From Gekko japonicus (lineage: Eukaryota): a stretch of DNA of 64,000 bases. The position numbers and the translations under genes were made by a program. The stretch spans positions 704,643 to 768,642 of the forward strand of contig NW_015173675.1 of assembly GCF_001447785.1 (NCBI RefSeq), in the 5' to 3' direction. The first letter of the stretch is position 1. Every line of letters starts with the position of its first letter. Below the pieces are notes generated by a model. The model saw nothing but the letters and a program-made list of their open reading frames with translations, did not search any database and was not told where the DNA came from. Below, piece after piece: positions 47,130-61,735 of this stretch.

Positions 47130-47760
47130 TGGAAACTTTAATTAAGTCAGGATTCAGCTGTTACAAGAGTCTGGGACTGTGAAATGGAATGAATGAAGAC
47201 CAACAAACTAAAGTTCAACCCAAACAACCCCTAAGTACTACTGGTTGTCAACAAAAAGACTGAGGAGTGGATGGTGTAGCACTCGCCCTAGAAGAGCAGG
47301 TTTTCTGCTTGGGGATGCTATTAGACTGGTACCTACTAATGAAGGTTCAGGTCTCCACCATGGCTTGCAGTATATCTTTATTCAATTTCAGTTGGCATGC
47401 CAGATACAGACCTTGAGAGGCACAATCTGGCCGCCTATTGATCACATCCAGTCAGATTACTGCAATGTGTTCTGTGTAGGGCTGCCTTTGAAAACTGCTA
47501 GAAGCTTCAATAGATACCGAACACAGCAGCAAGAATACTGGCTAGTGCAAGCTGCAGGGAATCTCTCTCCCCAGTTTTTAAAAGGGCTACACTGTCTACT
47601 AATTCATTTTCAGACACAAAGTGCTGGTTCATTAATAACCGTCAGAGCCCTGAACAGGCTGGGACCAGGGTACTCAAAGGACTGCCAGCACCTATGTGCC
47701 TGACCAGCAGATGAGCTCTTTACTTTGGTCTCACCACTGCAGTCTGTTTGATTTGAGAAT
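47130..47760 (+). mobile_element. Degenerate L2 LINE fragment
   Basis: DYCN..GLPLK-like remnant and LHCLLIHF (L2 LHWLP-like); boundaries approximate. Confidence 0.7.
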
Positions 47761-48104
47761 TTTAGGTGAGTAAACTTTTTCATCCCATTTTAAAATGTTC
47801 AAGTACATTTACTGGTTTTTGTTTTCTTTTATTGAAAGACAGTATACAAATACTATATATGAATAAAATTAGATTTTAACAATTGTGCTTTCAAACTGGT
47901 GCATGTCAACTTTATGTCCAGCTTATAACTTTTAAAGAGGCTTATAGTTAAGATTCCGGTAATTTAAGATTTTCCAAATGCATACACTTAAAGAATTATG
48001 TATATCACCATCACATGATAATGTGGAAAGCACTATTAGAAGAGACCTGGAGAACCATGTGGGTTCTGAAGTATTAAAATCAATACCCTTTCACCTAAAT
48101 CTTA

Positions 48105-48329
<225 letters not shown>

Positions 48330-48755
48330 TCAGGAACATTATTGTAATCAATAATTATCTCCTTAAGCAGACCCAGAGCGATGCTGAAATCAGGCAGGAA
48401 GACTTTTTGCTGCCTTTTTTCTTCACCTTAGAAATTACATTGCCAAATCGTTGCTGAGGTGTAGTTCACTATCTTTTAAAAGGAAATCTTAGTTCCTTGG
48501 ACCACTGTGTTGAGAAGGCCTATATGAAACCTTCAGGCATACATAGGAACAGCTGGCATCTTATCCGACTGCTGCAAGATTAAGAGCCCCGTGATGAAGG
48601 CATCTTAGCAAACAGCTTTTAAGGAAGAGCCAGATTTGAGTCCAGCAGCACCTTAAGAGACGAACAAGATTTTCAGGGTATGAGCTTTCAAGCACCAAAT
48701 GTTTCCCCACATAGGGAACTTTGACTTTTAAAAACTTATACACTAGAAATCTCTC

Positions 48756-50870
48756 TGTGTTAAGTGCCATAAAGTCACTTACAACTTATGGCGACCCTAT
48801 GAATTAATGTTCTCCAAAACGTCCTATTCTTAGCTGCCATTCTCAGATCTTGCAAACTGAGGCCGTGGCTTCTTTTATTGAGTCAATCCCTCTCATGTTG
48901 GGTCTTCCTTTGTTCCCGCTGTCTTCAACGTTTCCTAGCATTGATGTCTTTTCCAGTGTTATTTTCTCATAATGTGACCAAAGTATAACCTCAGTTAAGC
49001 CATTTTAGATTCTAGGGAGAGTTCAGGCTTGATTTGATCTAGAATCCACTTTTTTGTCTTTTCGGCAGTACATGGTATCTCTAAAATTCTCCTCCAACAC
49101 CACATTTTAACGGAATCTACTTTCTCCCTGCCAGCTTTCTCCACTGTCCAACTTTCACATCCATACTTAGTCATGGGGAATACTATATGGTATGAATTAA
49201 CTTGACCTTGGTTGCCAGCAACACATCCTTACATTTAAGGATCTTTTCTAGCTCCTTCATGGCTGCCCTCCTCAGTTTCAATTTCCATCTGACCTCTTGG
49301 GTGACCTCTCCCTTTTGGTCAATGACGGAGCCAAGAAACAGAAAATCCTGAACAACTTCAATTTCTCATCACCAACCTTAAAAGTGTAATTCCCCAGTAG
49401 TCATTACTTTTGTCTTCTTGATGTTCAGCCTATAATCCTCCTTTGGCAGTTTCCGTAGTCGTTTCAAGTCTTCACGGTTTTCTGCCAAGAATGTTGTGTC
49501 ATCTGCAATATCTCAAATTGTTAATGTTCTTTCCACCAATCGTCACTTCACCTTCAACTAAATCTAATCCACCTTTCCTTATGATGCGATGTGTTTTGCA
49601 TACAGATTGAAGAGACAGGGCAATAAAATTAATTGTGGTCTAACACCTTTGCCAATTAGAAGCCATTCTGTTTCCCCCTATTCTGTCCTAACAGTGGCCC
49701 CTATGGACGAGTATAGATTGTGCATCAAAACAATAAAATGCTGTGGCACACCCATTTCCTTTAAAGCCAACCATAGCTTTTCATGATCCACACAGTCAAA
49801 AGCTTTGCTGTACATGAAATACTTGCTGATTTTCTTCTGAAATTATCTCATATGTGTTAATTTGCAATATGATCTCTAGTGCCTTTTTCTTTTCTGAATC
49901 CAGCTTGAACATCTGACATTTCTCACTCCATATATGGTAACAGTCTTTGTTGTAAGATTTTGAGCATCACTTTACTTGAATGAGAATTTAATGCAATGGT
50001 GTGACAACTGCTGCAGTCTTTGACATCTCCTTTTTTTGGAATTGGGATATAAATTGAGCATTTCCAGTCTGTTGGCCATTGTTTTGTCTTCCATATTTGT
50101 TAGCACAATCTTGTTAAGATTTTTATGGACTCAGTTTCTGTAGCTTCGAATAATTCTATTGATATCCCATCTAATCTTGGTGACTTGTTTCTTCCGATTG
50201 CTCTTAGTGCAGCTGTCACGTCACTGTCTAGAACTGTAGATTCTTCTTCAAAAGATGCTTCTTGAAAGGAATCTGTCATCCTTTCATCTCTTTTGTTCAG
50301 TTCTTCAGTGTATTGTTCTCATCTTTTCTTTATTTTGTCCTGTTCAGTTAATATATTTCCATGTTGATCTTTCAGCATACCTATGATTTAAATTTCCCTT
50401 TGATTTCTTGGATCTTGTGGAACAGTTATCCTGTTCTTCCTTTTATGTTGTTCTTTTCTATTTTTTACAATGGTCATTATAAAAGTTCTTTGTCTCTATG
50501 TGTTGAGTCACTTTGTGCTCAGCTCTTCCCTAGTAGCTGACTGAGAGCTATCCAACCTGGAGGTTCCATCTTCCAGCATTGTATCTTTTTTCATTTTGTA
50601 TTGTCTCATCATAGGGTTTTTGAGATAAGAGTTGTTCAGAAGTGGTTTACCATTGCCTTCTTCTGTGCTGTACTAACCAGAGTTAGCTCTAGCATCCACT
50701 GCCATTGTCTATGAAAGGTACTCCAGCAGTGTCACCTTCTGCTACTTCTGTTGCCCAGTAGCTACCCTTCGAGGATTCCTCTGCCCCCATCACCACTGGA
50801 ACTGTCCATTCTCTTCTATTGATCTGTGCTGTTGATCCCCAAAGGGGGTGGATGCATCTTACGCCATTTC
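48756..50870 (-). mobile_element. RTE-clade (BovB-like) LINE, internally deleted, in an MMAA intron
   Basis: On -: YSKAFDCVDHEKLWLALKEMGVPQH (about 49738-49812) and NNLRY/ADDT with a frameshift (~49500); RTE-type 3' end. Confidence 0.88.
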
Positions 50871-51532
50871 CGCACTGTCATTTTTGTCACTTGTTTGTTC
50901 CTATTGCTTCAGAGTTTTTTCTTCAATGTGTTTTGCTTTCTCTAGTAGTCACAGAGGGAGCAAAACACATGTTGGGGGGGGGCAAAGCAACAGGAAAAAA
51001 CGAAAGTGACAGTGCAGAAGTGGCCTTCGTCTGGCATCTTAGCTTTAAGTGATATTCCACCTTGAGTAACTCTGCTAGAACTTTAGACCCCTTAGGTATT
51101 GGTCTTAGCTTCGCTGACACACACAAACCCCCTCACCGCATTAAGGTGTGCATCGAAGCGGGGCTACTGGACTCAGATCTACTACAGACCAACATGGCAA
51201 ACCTCTGAAACTAAGGAAGAGCCACGGTCATCTTTTTCAAATTTGGACTTAGTCAAATCCTGGATGCAGATGCAGATAAAAATAGCTCAACAACATAGCA
51301 GTCAGTGTCTCTGAGCCACAAATGCAATAAATGCTGTAGCGGACACTGTATACTAAAAATCTATGTTAAAAGTCATTGTTAAAAGTCAAAATGGGCAATA
51401 AATTCTACTGTATTATGGTAGCTTAGGGAAGACATAACAAGACAAACAGCAGTACAACCCACCCTCTTGGAAACAGTAAATACTGTCAAAATTAACACCA
51501 TATTTTGTTGCGAGGAGAAAGCTGAATATTTA

Positions 51533-51700
<168 letters not shown>

Positions 51701-51709
51701 TCACTTTGG

Positions 51710-51985
51710 AAAGAAGAAGGAGGAGGAGGAGGAGATTGGATTTATACCCCGCCCTTCACTACCCAAAGGAGTCTCAGAGTGGCTTACAAACTCCCCACAA
51801 CAGACTCCCTGTGAGGTAGGTGGGGCTGAGAGAGCTCTGACAGAAACTGCTCTTTTTCAAGAACAGCTCTTATCAGAACTATGGCTTGCCCAAGGCCATC
51901 CAGCAGGTGCAAATGGAGGAGTGGGGAATCAAACCCGATTCTCCCAGATTAGAGTCTGCGCATTTAACCACTACACCAAACTGGC
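51710..51985 (-). mobile_element. Squam3-like SINE ~40 bp from an MMAA splice acceptor
   Basis: (GGA/GAA)n tail; CCACTACACCAAACTGGC head in reverse. Confidence 0.88.
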
Positions 51986-52696
51986 AACATCATAAGGCCA
52001 TATTTTTTTAAGAACAGGCTACTGTAAGAAGGGCTTAGTGTGTGGGGATGACTGAAGAAAATGTTGATGCAGAGTAAAAAACAAAAAGGCAAACAAGATG
52101 AATCCAAAAAGCTCCACCAGAACAAGGAACCCAAGAAAGTCACTGCACATTAACATAGCCCAGTTTTATAGCCTTCCGTATGCTTGGGCTGAACAGTTAT
52201 GGAGCCACCAAGAAAAATACCCAAGTGGCAAACAACTTATACCTAAAGCAGGCAAGACACCCTCTCTTCCTGCATCCTCCCTTCAGAAACACTAATACAA
52301 AATTAGTTGCATTGTATTGTGTCTAAGGGGCACTACATTACCTACATGAACACATGTGAAGCTGCATTGTAATGAATCAGACCCTTGGTCCATCAAAGTC
52401 AGTACTGTCTACTCAAAACCAGCAGCAGCTCTTCAAGATCTTAAGCAGAGGCCTTTCAGATGACCTCCTAAAGGATCTTGGGTTTTTTTGTTTGTTTGTT
52501 CATTTGTTTTCAAAGACAGGGATGACATATTTTCTCTGGCAACGTTTGAGCAAAGGGTAGCACTGACTCAGCCACACATGAGACTCGGGATCTCTTTCTT
52601 TTCTAAGCCTCAGCAAGCCAGAGGATGATGCAGAGCTACTCAGCTATGCCATAAGAGACCACAATGTGGTCAGCATACACCCAAGGAAGGCTTTCA

Positions 52697-52897
<201 letters not shown>

Positions 52898-53800
52898 TTA
52901 CAACATATATAGCAAACTTTGTCCCAAGATTCAAGTCAATGCAGGCTTATTCAGCTAAACGGAGAACCAGATAGTAAACAAAACTTACTGCATGCATCTC
53001 AAGCATTTTCATTGCAAACAAGAATATTTAGGAAACCCAGAGTGCTTTAACTATGTAAAGACAAGGTGGCTACCCATATGGGACGAAAGCACATGCCGTT
53101 AAAGTCTTGGCAATTCCATATCCCCCCAGAAGTGAAAACAGTGCAGCTATCTCAGCTGATCATAAAAGTTCATGAAATCAGACACATATACCTAAGTATA
53201 CTATAACTATGAAACCCCATATTTTGGAAACACACCAAAATCCAAAGGTGAGCACCATTTAGAAATTGTTTCTATTTGGAGGTGGGCCAGGTAGGCAAAA
53301 TTTAAGCAGATTAGTTGGCAAATTTAGTATTTGATACTTCAGTGAATATAGCTGGTGTTGGTTACCACTCTCAAAGTGTTCGGTATGGGCTATCCCAGTG
53401 GGACTCACTCGGTGGCTTGCAGAGAACTGCATTCCCAATGGCCATCAACCAAAAGTGCCACATTTACTTCCATCACTGGCATGAGGCCTGCACCTCAAGT
53501 TGACCTGCAGCTTACCTGTTGCTCTAGCGGTACACGTTTCAAGGTGGGAACCAGATGCCAACCACAAGCCCCACTGTGGAGGGCCTTGCCCACATTCCTG
53601 AAACACTGAGCAGATACCACATTAGGGAATTGTGGCCTGAAGCACCACAGGTGGCATGTCGAAGAGCTACATGTGGCTCCTGAGCCACTGAGTGACTATC
53701 ACTGGGCTATACCATGCATAAATAAATTTAATCAAAATAACTACATTGATTTCCCTAAACAAGTAGAAGAGATGATTAATGTTTTCACAGACATACTCAC

Positions 53801-53923
53801 CACCACTTGTACTAGAGGAAGGGTCCACTGCCAGCACAGATACTTTGTGCCCTCTTTCTGTAAGCATTTTCCCAAAGCATTCAATAAAAGTTGATTTCCC
53901 AGCACCAGGGGGGCCGGATAATC
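53801..53923 (-). CDS. MMAA: MMAA exon with Walker A/P-loop [12 protein letters not shown] and AVDPSS motif
   Basis: cctag acceptor, G|GTGAGT donor, 123 nt. Confidence 0.97.
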
Positions 53924-54718
53924 CTAGGTATCAATAGAAACATCTGTGAGTCCAGGGCAATGTGTAATCCCATTAGAATTGCAGTACAATGCAACCAGCA
54001 TGCTATGCAAAACTGCCAGGTAAGCATCTCTTGCATGAACACAGTGTCTTCATAATTTAAAGCTGAGAAAAAAGAAGCTCTGAACTAAACCAAATTAATG
54101 TATAGCTATCAATATTCTTCCGTCCCCTTGTCTTAGTTGTGTAACCACTGCCCTTTTCTCCCAAAGTTACAAAATTCATAATCTTGAGTCTTTTCTTAAA
54201 TGCATTTTTTTTCTTTCCCCCAGTGCATGCATGCAGGTACACATGACTTGTGTTGCCTAACAAATCACACATTTAACCATCTTCTCTAAAAGGATTACTT
54301 TTCCTAAATCAGATCAAATTTGACTTCTGTTTTTCCCCCTTCCCCATTACCAGATCATATTATATGTAAACAAGTTTTATGCAAATTAATTACATCATTT
54401 ACTGGATTTTTGTATGAGCATATTAAAGAACACACAGAGGATATTTAGAGAAGAGCTCATGGGAAGGATTTGAGTGGCACTTAAAATTAACCAGATACTA
54501 GGGAAGGTTTTCTTTTGAGTAGGCAGGTTTCATGGGGGAAACTGCTCCTACATAGCAATACAGAAATACAACTCTACTGAGAGGTACAACAACCCATCAT
54601 AATGGGTTACAACTCCTTTGTAAGTTTCAGGAGTTAAATAAAAACATTTTGTTAAAGCTGTGGCGAATCAAATTGCATTAGATCATAGAAACAATTGTGC
54701 AAACAAAAAAGGACTGAC

Positions 54719-55157
54719 CCACTCTAAAGGCTAGTGGCTTTCCTTTATTTAACTGTTCTTGTTCTCTGTGGTAGGATAGTACCTTCTGAAGGAGCACCTG
54801 CGCAATCTCCTTTTTCCTGCTGTGGGTGGATTCTACGAGAGTAATGGCTTCGGCCAAGCAGGCCCTCTGGCCACGGACAAGTCCATTGTACAGTTTATCT
54901 AAAATTCTTTGTTCCTTAGCAGAGAGTTCCTGCATTTGCTTTTCTGCTGTTGCTGGACAACACCAGCCAGTCTTCAAGCCCTTTGAAGATACCATCATTC
55001 GCCTTACAAAATGGGGCTGTAGCAAATCAGCCTGTTGGCCATATGGAAAAGCAGATCCTGGAAGGAACCTCAAACAAAAGCTATTCAAAGAACTTTTCCT
55101 AATAGTCTTTAAAAAACGGTAAGGAGGAAATTGTAGCAGCAATGATGATGCATTCAT
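54719..55157 (-). CDS. MMAA: MMAA first coding exon (mitochondrial targeting region to LAFRVG); the exon probably begins at the acceptor at 55193
   Basis: ATG at 55157. RACLAEAITLVEST motif of the MMAA/MeaB/ArgK family; G|GTCAGT donor; 439 coding nt. Confidence 0.96.
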
Positions 55158-56743
55158 TTTGCCTTAAATCAGGGGGATCCGTTTTTAGACAGCCTAATAA
55201 AGGAAGAAGAAAAATCCCTAGTACTTCCATTTCTCTGCAACGTAAATTTTCATTATAAAAAGCAGCACAAGAACATACTACGCAGTCCATCTGCTAGATG
55301 TTAAGCAAGGTGACACTACATTCATGAGCAACAAAAGCCTGAAGGTGGGGGTAGTTGGAGCATGTGGGGAAACGGTTAATCAAAAACACAGCTACCCAAC
55401 TGTTTCCCATCACACAGGCCATATAACATGTACAGTAAAAGTGCAGCTCACCAGCCAAGGTAGCACCTCCCCTCCTTCCAATGTCTGCAACCTAAAACAG
55501 AGAAAGCCCACCGTCCGGCCCAGTCCCCAATGGGGTGGCCTTGAGAGGGCAGAAATAGCAAGCAGGGGTAGTGCAGGCTGTGGATCCCAGCCTGGTCCTG
55601 GGCATGGCCACCACTCACTCTCGACACAAGGCTTTGTTAACCATCATATTTAATTAACAGGCTACCCCCACTCCGGACGGGAACAAAGCTCTTACTGAGG
55701 CTAGCCCCTACAAGAAATGTCAGAAGAATACCAGTGACAGATTTCCATTCGACAATTGTTATTTTTCTACTCCTTTGCAATTTCTATCAACCTAACCCAT
55801 ATGTGCAAAACAGAAATGTTCAAGGGGGCATTTTTATAAAGGGATTAGAACTGTAATATAATTGTAGGCATTTTACTCTACATGAGAGCTTTACATTGGT
55901 CAGTCACTGCTTTCCACACTGGAATGAACAGAATAAAAAGCCCACATATACGAAGTACATCATGGTATATGGAATTTCTATCATAAACATGTGGCACAGT
56001 TATACACTCTAGAGGCTCTAGGCTACATTCACTTGTGGTAAATGTATAAATACTAGTCCCTTTATTTTGGATACTAGGATTATAATGTACGGATACTAGG
56101 ATTATGCCTTTAAAAGGTCATAAGTCCCTCCCTCCCACAATCACTCTGAATGTATTACTCCCATTGATATCAACAAATATATTTGGGATTGGATAGAAAG
56201 AATTCTAAACCACAATGAAACATTCCAATGGGAATATTGATACATACAGTTCTCTATCTGCCTACAGACACGGAATCCTTATGCTCCTTGGATGCTTTGT
56301 AAAAGTAAAGGGGCATGATCTAAATATCCTAAGTAAATAATAATAGAAAACTGTAAATCAGTTAGTTCAGTTATTCATACTTCTATAAAGTCAAACAAAA
56401 AAACATGGACCAGCGTACTAGTGAAAATGGGACATTTATTATTCCCAGGACCTGAGCACATGGACTTTAAAAAAAGTTGAATTTGAGTTACCCTACCCTA
56501 CAGTTTAATGTGCTGAAGATTCTACTCATAGCATGCATTCCTTAGCAAGCAGACATGTCCACCAGCATCTGAATGAATAGTGGTTCTAGGCAAAGTCCCC
56601 TGCTATGGGCCAGTGCACAGAGATCTATTAAAAAAGAACACTGAAGGGGAGACTGAAAAGCAGGGCAATATTCAAAACAGAGATAAAAACAACATGGGAG
56701 CCCCCTCAAGAAAAGAAACTCGACATTAGCTAGATACTGCACA

Positions 56744-57265
56744 TCTCTCCTTATAATATATAATTGAATAGTGGGTGCCAAAGTGGGTGCCAAAGTTCTA
56801 ATTCTAAAATGCACTCCCTTAGTGTATGGCTGATGGCACTGCTCCTCAGCATATATCGCCACCAATCAGAAGGCAAAGTCCGGGTCCCGCCCACACCACA
56901 ACTGCTGCGACAACCTGGTCTTTTGCATATGGAAGCTGATTGGACTTCAGTCCATTCCACACCTCAAACTCCCCCCCCCCGCAAGGCAGTTGGAATTTTC
57001 AGTTGCATAACATACCTCATAGGGGAGAGGAGAATGGGTAACAATGGTTACCACTCTCCAGGTGAGGGCTACAGATAACTCAAACATACAAATGCTCTTC
57101 AGGTAGCAGAGATCAGTCCCTTGGGAGAAAACCGTGGACTCTGTCATTAAACCCTGCTGAGGTCGCCACAGGAAACTGACACTGTTTGCCCAAAGCCAGA
57201 GCACTCTCCCAGAGCCTCTTTCTAGATCCCGTTGTATTTATTTCCACAACGGGCATTATTTCTAG
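56744..57265 (+). mobile_element. Probable non-autonomous Helitron in MMAA intron 1; 5' boundary approximate
   Basis: Hairpin CCCGTTGT (57228-57235) / ACAACGGG (57246-57253) followed by CTAG|T at 57262-57266; AT-rich TC start near 56744. Confidence 0.65.
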
Positions 57266-57599
57266 TTATTAATAATACTGTATTGCAGTATCTACAATAC
57301 ACAGATCTCAGGCATATAAATATGTTTTTTACAACTATGTTTCAAGTGCACAATTCGCGCTATGCTTAACTCAGCCCCATGGGGTTTACAGTAAAGTTGA
57401 AAAAATTACAGTTTAACGTGAAAAGGACTAACCCCAGGTGACCGTGCCTTGGGACGTTACACCATACTTATCTACAGCCATACTGCCTATTGCATTAACG
57501 TCTGTTTTTGACACTCAGTGGAGCATTTTTTACCAATACTTAAAGCGATTAAAGGGACAGAGAGCAGTACTCCATTTGCAATACAGCAATATAAAAGCA

Positions 57600-58020
57600 G
57601 CCCGAACAACCAGGAGAACAAACCCTACCACCGTACCGCCCCCCCGCTCCCCCCACCCCGTGCTGACAGGGAACCTTGGGAAAGCAACACTACGTCCCCT
57701 CCCCCCCGCCTCGACTGACAAGTTGGGGGATCAAGGAAATGACCTGAACTGCTGCGAATCTTTTACATCCGGGACACGTCAGTGAATACCACTCAGACCA
57801 CAGCCTGCTCTTGTTCCGACCCCCGCCTACTTGCTCGGTGACAATGACGTTGCGCCTGCGTAGAAGACAGTTGCCGTGGGCGGAGGCAGCAACTCTCCGC
57901 GCAGGCTCAGTTAGAAGCACGGTGTCTTTTGTCGTTTGTAGGTGGCTCTAGAGGAGAGGGTTGGAGCTTTTGAGTTCTTTTGTCTGCGAGAGGGATCGCT
58001 TCTCCCTCCCCGCTTTCCCC
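57600..58020 (-). promoter_or_regulatory. MMAA: CpG-rich MMAA promoter and non-coding exon 1 (candidate donor CAG|GTCATT after 57744)
   Basis: Local CpG enrichment 2.5 kb upstream of the first coding exon. NRF1-like TGCGCCTGCGTA at 57851-57862, CRE-like TGACGT at 57845-57850, GC box GGGCGGAG at 57878-57885. Confidence 0.7.
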
Positions 58021-58749
58021 CCTTTCAATCCTTGGCTCTGTGTTGTTAGAATGGTGATGAGAGTCACAGCTGTTCCTAAGATGCAGAAATTCAGCAGTTT
58101 GCCGTTGCAGTGATTTGGCACCTACCTACCCCCCAGAAATACACACTTTCAAACTTTTGTCTTCATTTGGAGGGAAATGGGTTGGCGTGTTTAAAGAAAT
58201 TTTAAAATCGCCTTGGCAATGCTTTGTATGCTAGAAAAAGGGGAATACATTTTCCTGTAATATTCCCCGCCACCCGTCGAAGTTGAGACAGCCCTGCAGT
58301 ACAGTCAGTGTTTCTCCCATACTCTGGGTTGCTCACCTGTGTGTAGGGTTTCCAGCTCTGGGTTGGAAAATACCTGAACATTTGGGGGACAGCCTGAGGG
58401 AGGCAGGATTTAGAGAGGGGAGGGTCTTCAGTGGGGTATAATGCCAGAGTCCACCTTCCAAAGGGGCCATTTTCTCTAGGTGAACTGATCTCCATCGTCT
58501 GGAGATCACTTGGAATACTGGGAGCCACCACCTGGAGGTTGGCAACATACCTGTATGTGTGAGCCTGCCTGACCCTTTTTTTAAAAAAAGAACAACAACC
58601 CTGTAATGTGGTCCACTTTATTGCAGGTTTTTGAAGGGGAAGAGGAGGGTTTTAAATATCCTGTACAATAATCTTAAACATTTCATATGAGGGCTAAAAT
58701 TGATCATTGTCAGGGATAGATTAATGCCCTGAGTGAACACAAAATGTAT

Positions 58750-59035
58750 GTATTGTGACCCAAATGTGAGACCTGACTATGGCCTCTACACACACAACAG
58801 ACTGAGGTGGTAGAGCAGACTGTGCCACTTCAGAATGTAGGAGAGACAATTCCCCTGTATTAAGAATTCACCCCAGGGGGGAACTAGTACTGCATGCTGA
58901 GGACGAAGACAGAACCTTTTTGGCGCTGGCCCCAGCCTCATAGAACACTCTCCCAGGAGAGATCAGGGCCCTACGGGATTTGGTACAATTCCGCAGGGCC
59001 TGCAAAACAGAGTTGTTCTGCCGGGCCTATGATTG
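58750..59035 (+). mobile_element. Degenerate L2 LINE 3' fragment
   Basis: Resembles the L2 ORF2 end (CCTTTTTGGCGCTGGCCCC...GAACACTCTCCC...AAAACAGAGTTGTTCTGCCGGGCCT). Confidence 0.55.
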
Positions 59036-61546
59036 AGGGCACCGACCTGCTCCTTGCTGATAGACTTATCTAGTTATATATATATAACTAGATTTATATA
59101 TAATATAGGGTCTTTCCTACTGAAACGCCCGGCGAAAAAGCTCCGTTTTCACACCCCTGCTGAATTGCTGGTGGTCCTGCAAGGCTCTGATCTTTTGTTA
59201 TATAAAAAGATAACAAATTTTTGGATATATGATTCTTTCTATGTGATACTGTTTATGTGATAATTAATATAATGGTGAATAATTTATAAGAAAAAATTAA
59301 AAATATATAAAATGAAAATATAAATAAAATAAATTCTTCCTGATGCACTATTTTCTTTTTTAATTTGCAAGGAATTTTTACATGGAGAAGCATTACAAAC
59401 ATGATTGTCCCTGCCTGGAGAAAATGGCTGCTTTTGGAGGCTGGACTCCAGGGCATATAACACTCCACTGGGGTCCCTCCCCTCCCCAAACTCCTCCCAC
59501 CCCAGTTGCCTTCCCCAAAAATCTCCAGGAATTTCCTAACCCAGAATTGGCAAGCCTAATTAAAGGTGCTGAATTTTAGCAGAATCCTGAAGTGCCTAGT
59601 AGACAAGCTCCCAATATCTATAGAACGTTTGTTCAAAACACATGCATTCCTAAGGTCCATAAGATGGTTCACAGCCATGCTCTTCTCCAGATACTAGCAA
59701 ACAAGGGATGAAGAGGGTTGTGGCAAAACAGTGGAGCACAAGTTTTGCTATCAGGTCACATGTTCAACCCTCAGCTTCTCCAATAGAGGGTGTCACAGCT
59801 TTACCTGACAACACCGGGAGTTCTGTGCTTGGCGCTCCTAACCAATTTTTTAAAACTTAATTTTCAGGCACATGGGAGAACAATAAAAATTGGGAATGTG
59901 GCACATAGAGAAGGGGAGTTTAAGGCTTTCTCCCCATATCCACTGCAGGTCAAAAGAATGGCGCAGGGGGGAGGCTTAAACCCCCTTTCTCCGCACAACG
60001 TGGTCCTGATCCACATCAGACTCCTGTATACCTGAAAATTAAGTTGGGGGGTGGGAATGTTGAGCTCTCCACACATGGACCTCCAAACATACATCTGGTA
60101 AGGACCTTGGGTATTTAAATGTTAGGGAAGCCATTTCTCTGCTGTCGAGGTCGATGATTCAGCCTCGTATATGTTTATTCTGTGCGCTGTCTATACAGCA
60201 CAGTAGAGTCTATAGCAGATGTAGACATTTTTTGTTACACATTTACTTTCTTGTGACATCAAGCCATAGATGAGCATAAGACACCTCAGATTTATGTACA
60301 CCTGAAATATTCTGCATAGTCTGCTGTGCCTGTCTAACATATATTCAATAACAAAGCCAACTACATGTTGTCAGTATGATAAAAACTTGCTCAGGCAATG
60401 CCCCTTCTCCTCATGCAGAAACTGTGTAGTGTAGTGTTAGCAGGGACAGCCCTCTGCTTCCCAGCCAAATCAGCTTGGAAATAACAAGGAACATTGGTCT
60501 ATATTTGTCTGTTAGTGAGCTGTATTATTTTTTAGGTTTTCCTTTTCAACAGTACACATTACAATTAACCTCTTTTTTTGTAATGCAGAAGCTCAATTTC
60601 TAAGAATTTTAAATCAAATTATCTCATGAGTTGCACTCCCCATAGTGTGGGTGGGAAATCTCATCATACTGTTCATGTAGACTGAAGTAAAATGCAAAGC
60701 ACCAGCAGTTGCCTTTTGTCTGAAAGCACACTGGGAAGAGGACAGAAACCTGATGATTCTAAAACACAATTATTTAGCCTGTGGCACAATTCAATATTTA
60801 TTAGTTTGTTTTCAATTTGTTATACAGGAATCGAAAGAAATTACAGCTCTCGCATTCATGATTCCTGTTCCATTGTATGTGGTTAAAAGGCCATCGCCCT
60901 TGAAAACCCACATTCATCTCCACTTACATTGATGCCTGTAGGTTTTAGTAGCAGCAGACACCAACTAAACTGTTGAGTAGCTTTTGTTGATCAAATATCC
61001 TATTTTAGCTTGTCAGCATTAAGCAGAAATGTCTATTTGGTTGAAATAATCTATTTGCAATGTTAGCTTGTTTTTCTGCTGATACTGTGTTGTGTAACAC
61101 TCTTGCTGTCAGATATGAAAAACAGTTTTCCCACTTTTGAACTTTTCTCTCTCTCTTGTACTGTGTATATCACACAGAGAGATTTGGCAAGTTCTCAGAA
61201 GACTCTTGGTTACTTTACCTGTGCCAGTTAAGCTGAAGAGCCCATGAATTTTTGCCAAGGGACAAGCTGATTCCAGCAATCTTATTTTGAACTCAGGGTT
61301 GTTCAAAGCAACCAGCTGAGCCAAGCCTAGAACAAACCACAAGAAAATAGTACTTCATACAACACGTAACCACCCAATTGAATTGTTTCAGGTTATTGTG
61401 AGAGCTACTGCCAATGGCTTAAAGAAAAATCAGCTGCATTCAAGAGGAACAGGTCTACCTCTTGTGGATCAGGAGCTGGATAAAGAACAACAAGAAGAGG
61501 ACAGGATGTGGGGTTTGCAGGTCTCCCCACCACCACCACCACTGGC

Positions 61547-61735
61547 AGGGTTGCGAGCCCCAGGTTGGGAAACTCCTGGATATTTGGGGGTGGAGCCTGG
61601 GGAGGACAGGAACCTCAGTGGGGTACAATGCCATAGAGTCCACCCTCCAAAGCATCCATTTTCTCCAGAGGGACTGATCTCTGGTTTGGACATGAGCTGT
61701 AATTCCAGGGTATCCCCAGGTCCCACTTGGAGACA
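61547..61735 (+). repeat. AGGGTTGCCA-terminal interspersed repeat (probably hAT-derived); relatives near 18487, 26684-26900, 32130-32510, 32785-32890, 58345-58548 and 59385-59556
   Basis: Shared core GGGGTACAATGCCATAGAGTCCACCCTCCAAAGCATCCATTTTCTCC in several copies. Confidence 0.75.
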
